The notes under the pieces: generated by a model | The model's database searches: none | The model's input: only the letters and a program-made list of their open reading frames with translations | Told to the model about the DNA's origin: nothing | Part shown: in pieces, positions 1 to 9,899 of the stretch | Position numbering within the stretch: position 1 is the stretch's first letter | How the letters are laid out: each line of letters opens with the position of its first letter | Source of the DNA: Acidobacteriota bacterium | GTDB lineage: Bacteria > Acidobacteriota > UBA890 > WLXD01 | Assembly: GCA_965248695.1 (NCBI GenBank) | Contig: CBDFKD010000002.1 | Coordinates: 1,696,001 to 1,760,000 of the forward strand | Direction of reading: 5' to 3' | DNA: 64,000 nucleotides | Position numbers and translations under genes: made by a program

Positions 1-211
1 CTGCTGCGGCTCCCGGGCTCACGTGGCCGACGCTGAGGCCACGGCTACCGCCCGAGAAACGGCCGTCGGTTTGCCCGGGGATGATGTCGATATAGCTGTT
101 GCAAACCGCGATGAACGGCTTGCGCATGTCGGCATCGGTCACCCCCGTCGCCTTCAGGAGCGCTCGGTGCGGAGCTCGCTCGAACCCCTGTTTGATACGG
201 TCAGATCTCAT
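1..211 (-). pseudogene. ilvD: Dihydroxy-acid dehydratase with large in-frame internal deletion (runs off window edge)
   Basis: Manual translation from ATG 211: [23 protein letters not shown]...[15 protein letters not shown] (IlvD N-terminus) joined directly to [19 protein letters not shown] (IlvD C-terminal catalytic motif). Confidence 0.8.
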
Positions 212-265
212 CGGGTTTTTTCCGGTCTCCGGCCCGCGGCGACGCAACGGACTCGAACTAGCTAC

Positions 266-294
266 AAAAAAGGCCCCCGCGTCCTGCGGGAGCC
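266..294 (-). terminator. Intrinsic terminator / attenuator hairpin upstream of ilvD
   Basis: Minus strand GGCTCCCGC-AGGAC-GCGGGGGCC followed by TTTTTT, about 55 nt before the ilvD ATG. Confidence 0.8.
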
Positions 295-320
295 GCGATT
301 CGCCTCGGTGTCTCCGGCGT

Positions 321-383
321 CTAGTCGGCTGCCCCCGCGTCCCCCGGCAGCGCTACGATGCCGAGGTAGTCGATGGGGCACAT
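321..383 (-). promoter_or_regulatory. Putative ilv attenuation leader peptide ([20 protein letters not shown])
   Basis: Short ORF with Ile/Leu/Val codons ending just before the terminator. It contains a second copy of GGACGCGGGGGC able to pair with the terminator 5' arm (antiterminator). Confidence 0.55.
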
Positions 384-829
384 AAGAAGGAGTACAGATG
401 ACCGGGCAGCCGCACGTACTCCACGCAGCTCCAACTGTCGCGCGTCGATATCGGCTCCGCAGCTCGTCACTTTCCACACCTCGTTCTTTGTCGACAAGGC
501 GGACGTTAGCAAGGCCCGAGAGCACCGGTCAATAGCGCCAGTGGTAGCCCGGGAAGAAAGATCTATGGCGACCGTGATCCCCACCTCCAATCCGGGCTGG
601 GGTAGCCCGCGCATGCGGTCAACTCTCGTGGCATTCACGGGTTATGCTAGCGTCACTTCCACTGCTCGGTCGGGGGCGCGCATTCGCGCAGGAGTAGCGG
701 CAAAGATCGATTCTCGCCAAGCTCGCTGATCCACGAGCGGGCGGACGCCCGGAACGCCACAGGTAAATGTGCGCTCGTGCTGCGCCTGACGTGGAGCTTC
801 CGTCAGGCAACCTCGGAGAAAGACACTCA

Positions 830-2794
830 GTGGCCTCCAACACCCACAACGGAAACGGTGCTCGCCCCCAGGATCTTGCCTGGCGAGTCGGCGGCGCCCA
901 GGGCAGCGGCGTCGACACCGCGGCGCTCATCTTCCAACGCGCTTGCGGCATCGCCGGTCTGCATCTCTACGGTCGGCGGGAGTACTACTCCAACATCATG
1001 GGGCGCCACAGCTACTACGACGTCCGTGCGTCGGAGCTGCCGCGCACGGGACATCGCGACACCGTGGACCTGCTGACCACGTTCGAGGCCGAGACGCTCG
1101 TCCGACACATTCTGGCGGTGCGCGAGGGCGGCGGAGTGATCCATACGGCCGCCGATGCCGACGTCCCGCTGAACAACATCACGTTCCTCGACGGACGCTT
1201 GACCAACGACCTCAGTGCGTACCTCGAGGAGCGCGGCCACGAAACGACCACCGCAGGCCTGCTGGAAGATGCCCGCAACCGCGGGGTGCAGTGCTTCGAG
1301 GTCGACTTCGACGACATCGTCAACCAGCTGGCGGAGCGGCTCGAGGTTCCTCAGGCGATGGCGGCGCGGACCAGAAACACGCTCGCGGTGGCAGTGTCCA
1401 CGGCGCTGCTCGACTTCCGGCGCGACTTCGTCAAGAAGGCGCTCGAGCGCACCTGGCCAGGCCGCCAGAAGATCATCGATCTGAACGTCGAGGCAGTGGA
1501 GCTGACGTACAACTTCGTCGACGAGCAGTTCGACCGTAGCGATTTCTCCATCGATCTGAACTCGGCAGAGACGAGCGAGAAGCGGATGATCATCAACGGC
1601 AACCAAGCCGTGGCGCTCGGGAAGCTCGCCGGTGGCATTGCCGTGCAGAGCTACTACCCGATCTCGCCGGCAACCGACGAGAGCACCTTTCTGGAAGCGC
1701 ACGAGGAGTTCGGTACCCGAGACGGTGGAACGACGAACGTGCTCGTGGTGCAGACCGAAGACGAGATCGCGGCGATCACGATGGCCGCCGGCGCGGCGCT
1801 GACCGGAGCACGATCGGCGACGGCGACGTCAGGGCCTGGTTTCGCGCTCATGTGTGAGGGTCTCGGGTGGGCGTGCATCAACGAGGTTCCGCTGGTGATC
1901 ACGCTGTGGCAGCGCGGCGGCCCGTCGACCGGGATGCCGACACGCAACGAGCAGGGCGACCTCCGTATCGCGACCGCCGGGGCACATGGCGACTTTCCGC
2001 TCATGGTCGTGGCGTCGGGTGACATCATCGAGGCCTTCTACGATGCCGCCGAGTGCTTCAACTACGCGGACCGTTATCAGACCGTCGTCGTGCACATCGT
2101 TGACAAAGCGCTATCGAGCTCGTCGCGGACGCTGCCCTACTTCGACCTCGATCAGGTCACGATCGATCGTGGCGACATCGCCGAGCCTCGAGGGGAAAGT
2201 GACGGCACGGCGTTCCCGCGCTTTCAGGTAACGGAGTCCGGTGTGTCACCCCGCACGCTGCTGGGGCAATCCGGCAACGCCCACTGGATGACCGGTGGCG
2301 AGCACACACCAGAGGGTCGGGTGACCGAGGATCCGGTCGTCCGTGAGCTGCAGATCGAGAAGCGCGCCCGCAAGATGGAGCTCGCGGCACGGGAGATCCC
2401 GCTCGAGGAGAAGATAAAGATCTTCGGTGATCGCGATGCCGCCCTTACGATTCTCAGCTGGGGCTCCAACAAAGGAGCCATCCTGGAGACGCTCGATGTG
2501 CTCGAGGAGGCCGGCGTGGCGGCGCGCTTCATTCAGGCACGACTGATGTTGCCGTTCCCTGCGGACGAGTTCAGCGAGATGCTCGATAACGCCGAACCGC
2601 TGGTCATCGTCGAGTCGAACTTCTCCGGCCAGTTCGCGCAACTGCTGCGCCAGCACACCGGAATCCAACCCGATCACCTCATCCTGAAATACAATGGCCG
2701 GCCGATCTCGGCCGAGGAGCTGGTCGTGGCCGTCAATGACGTTCGCTCCGGCGACGCGCCGCCGCGCATCGTGCTTCGCAACCCGCTCCAATAG
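830..2794 (+). CDS. 2-oxoacid:ferredoxin oxidoreductase alpha subunit (gamma-alpha fusion)
   Basis: GGAQGSGV, YYPISPAT, QTEDEIAA, TATSGPG and QRGGPSTGMPT motifs. GTG start at 830 after GGAGAAAG. Confidence 0.93.
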   Translation: MASNTHNGNGARPQDLAWRVGGAQGSGVDTAALIFQRACGIAGLHLYGRREYYSNIMGRHSYYDVRASELPRTGHRDTVDLLTTFEAETLVRHILAVREGGGVIHTAADADVPLNNITFLDGRLTNDLSAYLEERGHETTTAGLLEDARNRGVQCFEVDFDDIVNQLAERLEVPQAMAARTRNTLAVAVSTALLDFRRDFVKKALERTWPGRQKIIDLNVEAVELTYNFVDEQFDRSDFSIDLNSAETSEKRMIINGNQAVALGKLAGGIAVQSYYPISPATDESTFLEAHEEFGTRDGGTTNVLVVQTEDEIAAITMAAGAALTGARSATATSGPGFALMCEGLGWACINEVPLVITLWQRGGPSTGMPTRNEQGDLRIATAGAHGDFPLMVVASGDIIEAFYDAAECFNYADRYQTVVVHIVDKALSSSSRTLPYFDLDQVTIDRGDIAEPRGESDGTAFPRFQVTESGVSPRTLLGQSGNAHWMTGGEHTPEGRVTEDPVVRELQIEKRARKMELAAREIPLEEKIKIFGDRDAALTILSWGSNKGAILETLDVLEEAGVAARFIQARLMLPFPADEFSEMLDNAEPLVIVESNFSGQFAQLLRQHTGIQPDHLILKYNGRPISAEELVVAVNDVRSGDAPPRIVLRNPLQ

Positions 2795-2804
2795 GCAGGC
2801 TGCC

Positions 2805-3779
2805 ATGACCACCGCAACCGAGACGACATACAAGGCCAAGGATTTCCAGCAGGCGAGCCCCAATGATTGGTGCCCGGGCTGTGGCGATTTCGGCATCCTC
2901 AACGCTATGCACCAGGCATCCGCGAAGCTCGCGCTCGATCCCTCCAAGGTCGTAGCCGTCGGCGGTATCGGATGTTCCGGAAAGGCCCCGTACTACATGG
3001 GTACATACGGCGTGCATACGCTGCATGGTCGTCCGATCCCGTACGCCACGGGAATCAAGCTGGCGAATCCGGAGCTCACCGTGATAATCGCCGGCGGCGA
3101 CGGCGACGGCCTCGGCATCGGTGCGGGCCACTTCGTCAATGTAGGGCGCCGCAACGTCGATCTCACGTACGTCATGTTCAACAACGAGGTCTACGGGCTG
3201 ACGAAAGGACAGGCGGCGCCGACGATGGCGATGGGCATGCAGACCAAGAGCCTCCCTGAGCCCAATATTCAGATGAAGCTCAACCCGCTGATGATGGCGT
3301 ATGCCAGCGGATTCACGTGGATCGGACGCGGCTACTCGTTCAATGTCAAACAGCTGGTGGAGTTGCTCGTTCAAGCGATCTCACATCCCGGGCTGTCGTT
3401 TCTGGACGTTCTGCAGCCCTGTCCGACCTACAACGACCTCCACACCAAGGAATGGTTCGCCGGCAAGGATCTCGAGGAGGTGCGGCCTCGCGTTCAACCA
3501 CTGCCGGACGACTACGATCCGGTGATCGAGCCCGAGATGTCAGAAGACGAGCGCTGGGAGCACACACGCGACTTCATGGAGATGTCGCAGCGCTGGGGCG
3601 ACAGCATTCCCACTGGCCTGTTCTTCGAGAACCGCGCGGTCAGCACCTTCGCGACCCGTATCGAGAGCCGTCTGGAGAGCTATGCGGCAAACGCGCCAGC
3701 GGTAAAGAAGATCGCCGACGACAACGGCGTCAGCAACGCCTCGCTGGATCCGATCTTCGACGAGCTATCGGTCAACTGA
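2805..3779 (+). CDS. 2-oxoacid:ferredoxin oxidoreductase beta subunit
   Basis: WCPGCGDF, GIGCS, HTLHGR, GGDGD...NNEVYGLTKGQ (TPP motif), QPCPTYN. Directly follows the alpha subunit. Confidence 0.93.
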   Translation: MTTATETTYKAKDFQQASPNDWCPGCGDFGILNAMHQASAKLALDPSKVVAVGGIGCSGKAPYYMGTYGVHTLHGRPIPYATGIKLANPELTVIIAGGDGDGLGIGAGHFVNVGRRNVDLTYVMFNNEVYGLTKGQAAPTMAMGMQTKSLPEPNIQMKLNPLMMAYASGFTWIGRGYSFNVKQLVELLVQAISHPGLSFLDVLQPCPTYNDLHTKEWFAGKDLEEVRPRVQPLPDDYDPVIEPEMSEDERWEHTRDFMEMSQRWGDSIPTGLFFENRAVSTFATRIESRLESYAANAPAVKKIADDNGVSNASLDPIFDELSVN

Positions 3780-3788
3780 GCTACCGCT

Positions 3789-5798
3789 TCAGGCTTCGAG
3801 CGGCGCCACCTCGACCCGGGCATCGTTGAAGCAGGCGCCGTCGCCAACATCGGTGTAGTCGTCGGGCACGAGCGCGTTGGTAGTGCGCCCGTTCAGGGTG
3901 TTGTGCTTCCACAGCCCCTTGGGCATGAACACGACGCCGGCTCGCACCCGGCCGGTGATCTTCGCCAAGCAGTGCATCTCGCCGATCTGGTTGTACACTC
4001 GCAGGCGCATGCCATCGATGATGCCGCGCGATGCCGCGTCGTCCGGGTGAATGCTGAGCGCCACCTGACCGCGATGCAACTGGCCGAACATGGAGCTCAT
4101 GCGGCGGCTGGTGGCCGGAGATACCAACGCCAGCGGATGCGCCTCGGTACGGGGGTCGGGTCGGAACGCATAGAGGCCCCCGGGGGCGGCGTCGTCGAGG
4201 GCCTCGGGCACGAGGTGCGCCCTGCCGTCCGGCGTACGCGGGGCTAGATCCCCGAACTGCACCGCCCCGGTGTTGCAATCGAGAATCGCGATACCCGCCC
4301 TGGCGATCGGCTCGCGAAGAGCACTGTCGGCCAGGATCGCGGCAGACAGGTCGTCTGGGCCGTGCGCATCGCCGTCGCGACTCAGGCCCAGCCGCTCGCA
4401 CAGCTGATCGAAGACCTCGTAGTTCGGTCGTGCTTGTCCGGCTGCACGGACCACCGCGTCAGCCTGCTGAACAACCAGCGCCCCGTAGCCGCTGCGGAGC
4501 TCGGTGTGTTCCAGGAAAACGGTGGCCGGTAGCACGACGTCGGCATACAGAGCGCTGTCGGTCATCACCTGCTCGAAAACCACCGTGAAGAGATCCTCGC
4601 GCCGCATGCCTTGGAGCACGCGCTCCTGATCCGGGAGAATCGACGCCGGGTTGCAGTTGTACACGAACAGGACCTTGACCGGCGGATCGTCGGTCTCCAG
4701 CAATGCCCGTCCGATACGGTTCAGGTTGATGGTGCGCGCGGCGGTCGGTGCGGCATTGGCGGCACGCGTCGCCTCGAGCGGCATGGCGCCACCGTTGCTG
4801 AGCAGGTAGCCGCCGCCGAGGACTCCGAACTTACCCGCGACGGCCGGAAGCGCCAGCACCGCAGCCACCGACGAGCACCCATTGCGATTGCGTTCCATCC
4901 CCCAACCGGCGCGAATCACCGCCGGGCTCGAGTCGGCGTACCAGCTCGCCAGCGTCTCGATCTCTGCGCTGGAGATGCCGGCGACCGCAGCAGCGCGATC
5001 CAGCGGCCACTCGGAAGCACGGCGCCGGAACTCGTCGACCTGGCGCGCGTTCTCGGAAAGGAACTCGAGATCAGCCCTGTCGTTCTCGAACAACCAGTTG
5101 GCCACCGCCAGAGCCACGGCCACGTCGGTTCCGGGCTGCACCGCCAGATGCAGATCGGCCTGGCGCGCCAGTCGGTTGCGCCGTGGGTCGACGACCACCA
5201 GCCGAGCACCGCGGCGGCGTGCCTCCTGTACGTGTGGCAGCAGGTGAATCCCGGTGACCGCCGGGTTGCAGCCCCAGATGACGATCAGCTGTGCGTGCTC
5301 GAAGTCGGAGAACGCCACGCCGGGCATCTTGCCGTACATGCCCATCAACGCCATACCGGTCGGAACGGCGCAAACGTTGCGCGCCAGGTTCGAGGCGCCC
5401 AGCCGGCGGAACAACCTGGCGTCGGTGGTGTCCTGGGTCAGGGCGCCGTTCGAGCCACCGTAGCTGAGCGGAAGAATCGCCTCGCCGCCGAACTCCGAAG
5501 CAGTTTCGCGCATGCGTTCCGCGATCAGATCCAGAGCTTCGTCCCAGGTCGCGGTTCGAAAGCGGCCTTCGCCTTTCGCCCCGACGCGGATTGCGGGTTG
5601 CAACACCCGCTCGCTACCGTACATGTGCTCGGGCAGGGCGCGTACCTTGCTGCAAATGAACCCGTCGGTGAGGGGATTTCGACGGTCGCCGTCCACCGTG
5701 ACGACGCGGTCGTCCTCGACTTCGACGGTCAGGCTGCATGCGTCGGGACAATCGAGCGGACAGTGAGACTGCCTCTGCACGGTTACCTCCCCGGACAT
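3789..5798 (-). CDS. Molybdopterin (DMSO reductase family) oxidoreductase
   Basis: N-terminal CPLDCPDAC...C Fe-S motif, WDEALD, IWGCNP, VDPR, PGTD, DVVLPA, C-terminal HPDDA molybdopterin-dinucleotide domain. Confidence 0.9.
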   Translation of the reverse strand: MSGEVTVQRQSHCPLDCPDACSLTVEVEDDRVVTVDGDRRNPLTDGFICSKVRALPEHMYGSERVLQPAIRVGAKGEGRFRTATWDEALDLIAERMRETASEFGGEAILPLSYGGSNGALTQDTTDARLFRRLGASNLARNVCAVPTGMALMGMYGKMPGVAFSDFEHAQLIVIWGCNPAVTGIHLLPHVQEARRRGARLVVVDPRRNRLARQADLHLAVQPGTDVAVALAVANWLFENDRADLEFLSENARQVDEFRRRASEWPLDRAAAVAGISSAEIETLASWYADSSPAVIRAGWGMERNRNGCSSVAAVLALPAVAGKFGVLGGGYLLSNGGAMPLEATRAANAAPTAARTINLNRIGRALLETDDPPVKVLFVYNCNPASILPDQERVLQGMRREDLFTVVFEQVMTDSALYADVVLPATVFLEHTELRSGYGALVVQQADAVVRAAGQARPNYEVFDQLCERLGLSRDGDAHGPDDLSAAILADSALREPIARAGIAILDCNTGAVQFGDLAPRTPDGRAHLVPEALDDAAPGGLYAFRPDPRTEAHPLALVSPATSRRMSSMFGQLHRGQVALSIHPDDAASRGIIDGMRLRVYNQIGEMHCLAKITGRVRAGVVFMPKGLWKHNTLNGRTTNALVPDDYTDVGDGACFNDARVEVAPLEA

Positions 5799-5922
5799 AC
5801 TCGGACTATTATTTGATCCGAGCCGGTGCGTGGGGTCTGATAGCGACTGGCCGACATTCTAGCGAACGGCTCCAGGGCCCGTAACGGGGGCGTGCTGGTC
5901 CGGAGCCCAGTGGGGTGGTCCG

Positions 5923-7257
5923 ATGCAGGCATTCTCGTTTCTGCATTGCGCCGATGTTCATCTGGGGGCACCGGTACGTGGCCTCGGCCGTCTGCCGGCG
6001 CGTTTGCGCGAGCGTCTTCGCGATGCACCGACCGAGGCCCTCGCTCGTCTGGTGGCCACTGCGATCAACCGCGATGTCGACGCGGTGATCGTATCCGGCG
6101 ACCTGTTCGACGCCGATGACAGGAATCTGCGCGCTCACGCCGAGTTGCGCGAACAGCTCCAGCACCTCGACGAGGCCGGCATCCCGAGCTTCATCGCCTC
6201 CGGCAACCACGATCCGATCGGGACTCTGTCGCCCGGCGTGCGCCTGCCCGACTCGACCCACGTCTTCGGACCCGAAGTCGAGTCCGTGCCGTTACTGCGA
6301 AACGGCGATGAGCTGGCGCGGATCTACGGCGTCTCCTACACCAAATCCGCTACGTACGAGAACCTCGCGGCGGCCTTTCCGCGCAACCCTGACGGCGATT
6401 TCTCGATCGGTGTTCTCCACACCAACGTCGGCGACCAGGCGGGACACGATCCCTACGCCCCGTGCCAGCTCGGCGACCTCACGCAGACCGGTTTCGATTA
6501 CTGGGCGCTCGGGCACGTTCACACGCGCGCCACTCTGCACACCAGGGCACCGGTGGTGCACTACCCAGGCAATCCACAGGGGCTTCACACGCGGGAGCCC
6601 GGCGCGCGTGGCGCGACGCTCGTCGCGATCGACGACGGCGGCCGGGTCGAGCTCGAGCCGATCTGGACCGATGTTGCGCGCTGGCACCGCGTGCGGACGT
6701 CAATCGACGGGCTCGAGGCGATCGACGATCTCATCGGCGCGTTCGCCGAGCTGTCGGGATCGATCCGCGGCTGCGCACCGAATCGGATCCACCTGGTCCG
6801 CTGGACCCTGACGGGCAGCGGCCCATTGCACGCGGAGCTCAGCCGGCCGGCGACGGAGACCGATCTGTGCCACCTCCTGCGTACCGCGCAGACGATCCGC
6901 GCCGAGGGCGATCCGGTATGGCTCGAGCGACTTGATATCACCACCAGCGCGGCGCACGACGTGGAACGTCTCCGCCGGCAGCAGGACTACCTGGGGGACA
7001 TGCTGCGTCTGGCGGTGGAGATTCGCGACGCGCCCCCAGCGCCAAGCGCCGCGACCGTCGGCGACGAGCGTCCACCCGCTGTCGACCCACGAGGTGTCGG
7101 CGCCAGCGTGCGTGCCGACCTCGCCGAGTTGCTGGACAACCCACGGCTGACGCGTGCGATCGGCTCGGACCCGTGGCTCACCTTACGGTGGCAGGAGATC
7201 GTCGCCCACGCCGAGACACTCGCCATCCATCACCTAGCCCCCACCGAGGCCAACTGA
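5923..7257 (+). CDS. SbcD/Mre11-like metallophosphoesterase nuclease (YhaO-like)
   Basis: HCADVHLG, SGDLFD, GNHD, LH, YWALGHVH, YPGNPQG motifs. Confidence 0.9.
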   Translation: MQAFSFLHCADVHLGAPVRGLGRLPARLRERLRDAPTEALARLVATAINRDVDAVIVSGDLFDADDRNLRAHAELREQLQHLDEAGIPSFIASGNHDPIGTLSPGVRLPDSTHVFGPEVESVPLLRNGDELARIYGVSYTKSATYENLAAAFPRNPDGDFSIGVLHTNVGDQAGHDPYAPCQLGDLTQTGFDYWALGHVHTRATLHTRAPVVHYPGNPQGLHTREPGARGATLVAIDDGGRVELEPIWTDVARWHRVRTSIDGLEAIDDLIGAFAELSGSIRGCAPNRIHLVRWTLTGSGPLHAELSRPATETDLCHLLRTAQTIRAEGDPVWLERLDITTSAAHDVERLRRQQDYLGDMLRLAVEIRDAPPAPSAATVGDERPPAVDPRGVGASVRADLAELLDNPRLTRAIGSDPWLTLRWQEIVAHAETLAIHHLAPTEAN

Positions 7258-7259
7258 CG

Positions 7260-9881
7260 GTGATCTTTAGTCGCGTACACATCGATGGCTTCGGAGTCTG
7301 GCGCGACCTTGATCTGTCCGACTTGGGGCCGGGTCTGAACGTTTTCCTGGCACCCAACGAGGGCGGCAAGTCGACCTTGATGGCGTTCATTCGTGCGATG
7401 TTGTTCGGCTTCAAGCGACGCGGTGATCCGCATCGATACGAGCCCTTGCGAGGCGGTCAGCACGGGGGCTTCATCGGGTTCGAGACCGGCGGTGTCGGGT
7501 ATCGGGTATCGCGCCTCGACAACGGCACTTCACGCGGTGAAGCGACGGTAACCGGCGATGACGGGAGGAAGTTCGAACCCGGCAAGCTCGGATCGCTACT
7601 ACGCAATACCACCGAGACACTCTACGAGAACGTGTTCGCCTTCGGCCTCGAGGAGCTGCAGCGCCTCGATACGCTGCAGGCCGAAGACGTCGCCGGGCAC
7701 ATCTACAGTGCCGGGATGGGTTCCGGGGCGCTCAATCCGGTCGCTTTTCGCCAGCAGATTCAGGAGTCACTGGAGCGTTTCTACCGACCACGCGGCAAGA
7801 AACCGACCATCTCGCGTCTGCTGGGCGACATCGAGGCGACTCAGGACCGGATCGAGAACCGGCGCGAGAAGGCCGACGCCCATGCGGAGCTTGCCCGGCG
7901 GCGCAAGCGATTACACGAGCGACGCGGGCAGCACGACGCCACCCTGCGTCGGCGCCAGGACGAGTACGAAGACCTCAAACGCCTCGAAACAGCCTGGCCG
8001 CAGTACGAGAAGCTGCTGGAGTCCGAGGCCACCCTCGAGGCGGTGGGCGTCACCCCGCGGCGCCTACGCGCGGGGCACGCGGCCGCCGCAGAGGCCAGCG
8101 TCGCGGCCTCGGATGTGGCGGGGGGCAGTCAGGTCGCGGTCATCGCGGCAGCCCCCGGCGAGGTCGCCGACGACGAGACCGATGCGCTCGATCTGATGTC
8201 GGCCGCGCAGCGAACGTTGCTCACCCAGGCGAGCCGTATTCGCGGCCTGACGAGCAACGGCGAGCGACTGCGGGAGTTGCACGCCACGGTGGACGCCCGG
8301 CGGCGCGAGGCCCGACACTTACGCCACGCCCTGTTCAACGATCTCGAAGAAATGGGCGGCGAATGGTCCCTGGACCGCGTCAGGGCGGTACGGACGGACG
8401 TCACCATACGTGACGAGATTCGGCAATGGAGTGAGCGCTTCCAGGAAGCCGAGGCGCAGATCCGAACCGCGGACACACGCGCCACCGACGCCAACCTCGT
8501 CTACCAGGCCATGCTGGAAAACCGTGAGCAGATCGGCCGCGGCACACTGCTGACAACCTGGGGGCTAATCGCCGCTGCTGTCACAGCGACTGCGATTCTG
8601 GTGCCGGCCCCGGCACGCCTGACGAGCAGCCTGGGAATCCCGACCGTCGGACTGCTGCTGGGCGTTCTGATGACCTGGCTGTACCGGCGCGGCCTGACGC
8701 ACCGGCGTTCCGATCAAGGGATCGCTGCGCAGCGGGAAGCCGAGTTCTGGCAGCGGCACGACGACGCGATCGAATCCCTCGCAGCGGTGTCCGAGGAATG
8801 GAAGGACTGGTTGCGTGGCCAGGGAATGCCGACTGAGGTCAGCCCTCAGGGTGCACTGGACCTGCTGGATCGATTGCGGCAGAGCCAGGACAAGGATCGC
8901 CGCGCGCAGGCGGCGGAAACGACTGTCGACACCGCCATGGCCGAGCTGCAGCGAGCCTGCATGACGGTGCTCTCGGTGCTCGAGCAGCTCGACCGGCAGG
9001 CCATGGATCTCCGTTATGACACGCTCAAGATGGTGGATCCGTTGCTGAGCACGATCAGCGAGTTGCAGGCGGAAGTCGAGGCGGTAGAGGAGAATCGCGA
9101 GCGCATTCGACGGGTCCTCGACGAATACGCACGCGCCCGCGCCGGTCTCCGTGCGCTCGCTGGAGAGGAGGGAGCCGCGGCTTTCCAACGTCGTCTCGAA
9201 GCCACCAACCCGGAGAGTCTGGCGCGCGCGCTCGGCGAAGCCCAGGGCTTTCTGGCGTCGGCGCGGGCGGACCGTGACGCCATCAACGAGAGCCTCGGTG
9301 CACTCCGTCAGCAAAGCGACGACCTGGAGAATGACGTCGAGTTGGCGAACCTGCTGCAATCGCGCGAGACGCAGCGCACCGACCTCATCGAACAACTGCA
9401 GGAGTGGGCCGGACACGCCGTCTGCGCGGCGTTGTATGACGAGGCTAAACGCAAGTACGAGGCCGAGCGACAGCCGGAGGTCGTGCGCCTCGCGAGCCGT
9501 TATTTTCAGATGATGACCGACGGCCGGTACACGCGTGTCATCGCCCCACTGGGCGAGAACCGGCTGGAGGTCGAGCAGGACCGAGGTGACCGGCTACCGC
9601 CGAACGCCTTGTCGCGCGGGACCAGCGAGCAGCTGTACCTGGCCATGCGGCTGGCGCTGGCCAAGGTCTACGGCAACCAGGCTGTGCCCCTACCCCTCGT
9701 TGCTGACGACATCCTGGTCAACTTCGACGATGACCGGGCGCGGGCCACTGCCGCGCTGCTCGATCTGTACGCCAGTGAAGGGCACCAGATCCTGGCGTTC
9801 ACCTGCCATCGCCATCTGGTGAAGACGCTCGAGGGTAACGCCCCGGAAGCCCACATTCGCGCTCTGCCAGCCCACGCCTGA
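7260..9881 (+). CDS. SMC/SbcC-like AAA ATPase (YhaN-like) with coiled coils and central TM hairpin
   Basis: IDGFG, PNEGGKST Walker A, LSRGTSEQLYLAMRLA signature, VADDILVNFD Walker B, FTCH. GTG start 2 nt after the nuclease stop. Confidence 0.88.
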   Translation: MIFSRVHIDGFGVWRDLDLSDLGPGLNVFLAPNEGGKSTLMAFIRAMLFGFKRRGDPHRYEPLRGGQHGGFIGFETGGVGYRVSRLDNGTSRGEATVTGDDGRKFEPGKLGSLLRNTTETLYENVFAFGLEELQRLDTLQAEDVAGHIYSAGMGSGALNPVAFRQQIQESLERFYRPRGKKPTISRLLGDIEATQDRIENRREKADAHAELARRRKRLHERRGQHDATLRRRQDEYEDLKRLETAWPQYEKLLESEATLEAVGVTPRRLRAGHAAAAEASVAASDVAGGSQVAVIAAAPGEVADDETDALDLMSAAQRTLLTQASRIRGLTSNGERLRELHATVDARRREARHLRHALFNDLEEMGGEWSLDRVRAVRTDVTIRDEIRQWSERFQEAEAQIRTADTRATDANLVYQAMLENREQIGRGTLLTTWGLIAAAVTATAILVPAPARLTSSLGIPTVGLLLGVLMTWLYRRGLTHRRSDQGIAAQREAEFWQRHDDAIESLAAVSEEWKDWLRGQGMPTEVSPQGALDLLDRLRQSQDKDRRAQAAETTVDTAMAELQRACMTVLSVLEQLDRQAMDLRYDTLKMVDPLLSTISELQAEVEAVEENRERIRRVLDEYARARAGLRALAGEEGAAAFQRRLEATNPESLARALGEAQGFLASARADRDAINESLGALRQQSDDLENDVELANLLQSRETQRTDLIEQLQEWAGHAVCAALYDEAKRKYEAERQPEVVRLASRYFQMMTDGRYTRVIAPLGENRLEVEQDRGDRLPPNALSRGTSEQLYLAMRLALAKVYGNQAVPLPLVADDILVNFDDDRARATAALLDLYASEGHQILAFTCHRHLVKTLEGNAPEAHIRALPAHA

Positions 9882-9899
9882 GGAACCGTCTCCCGACAG

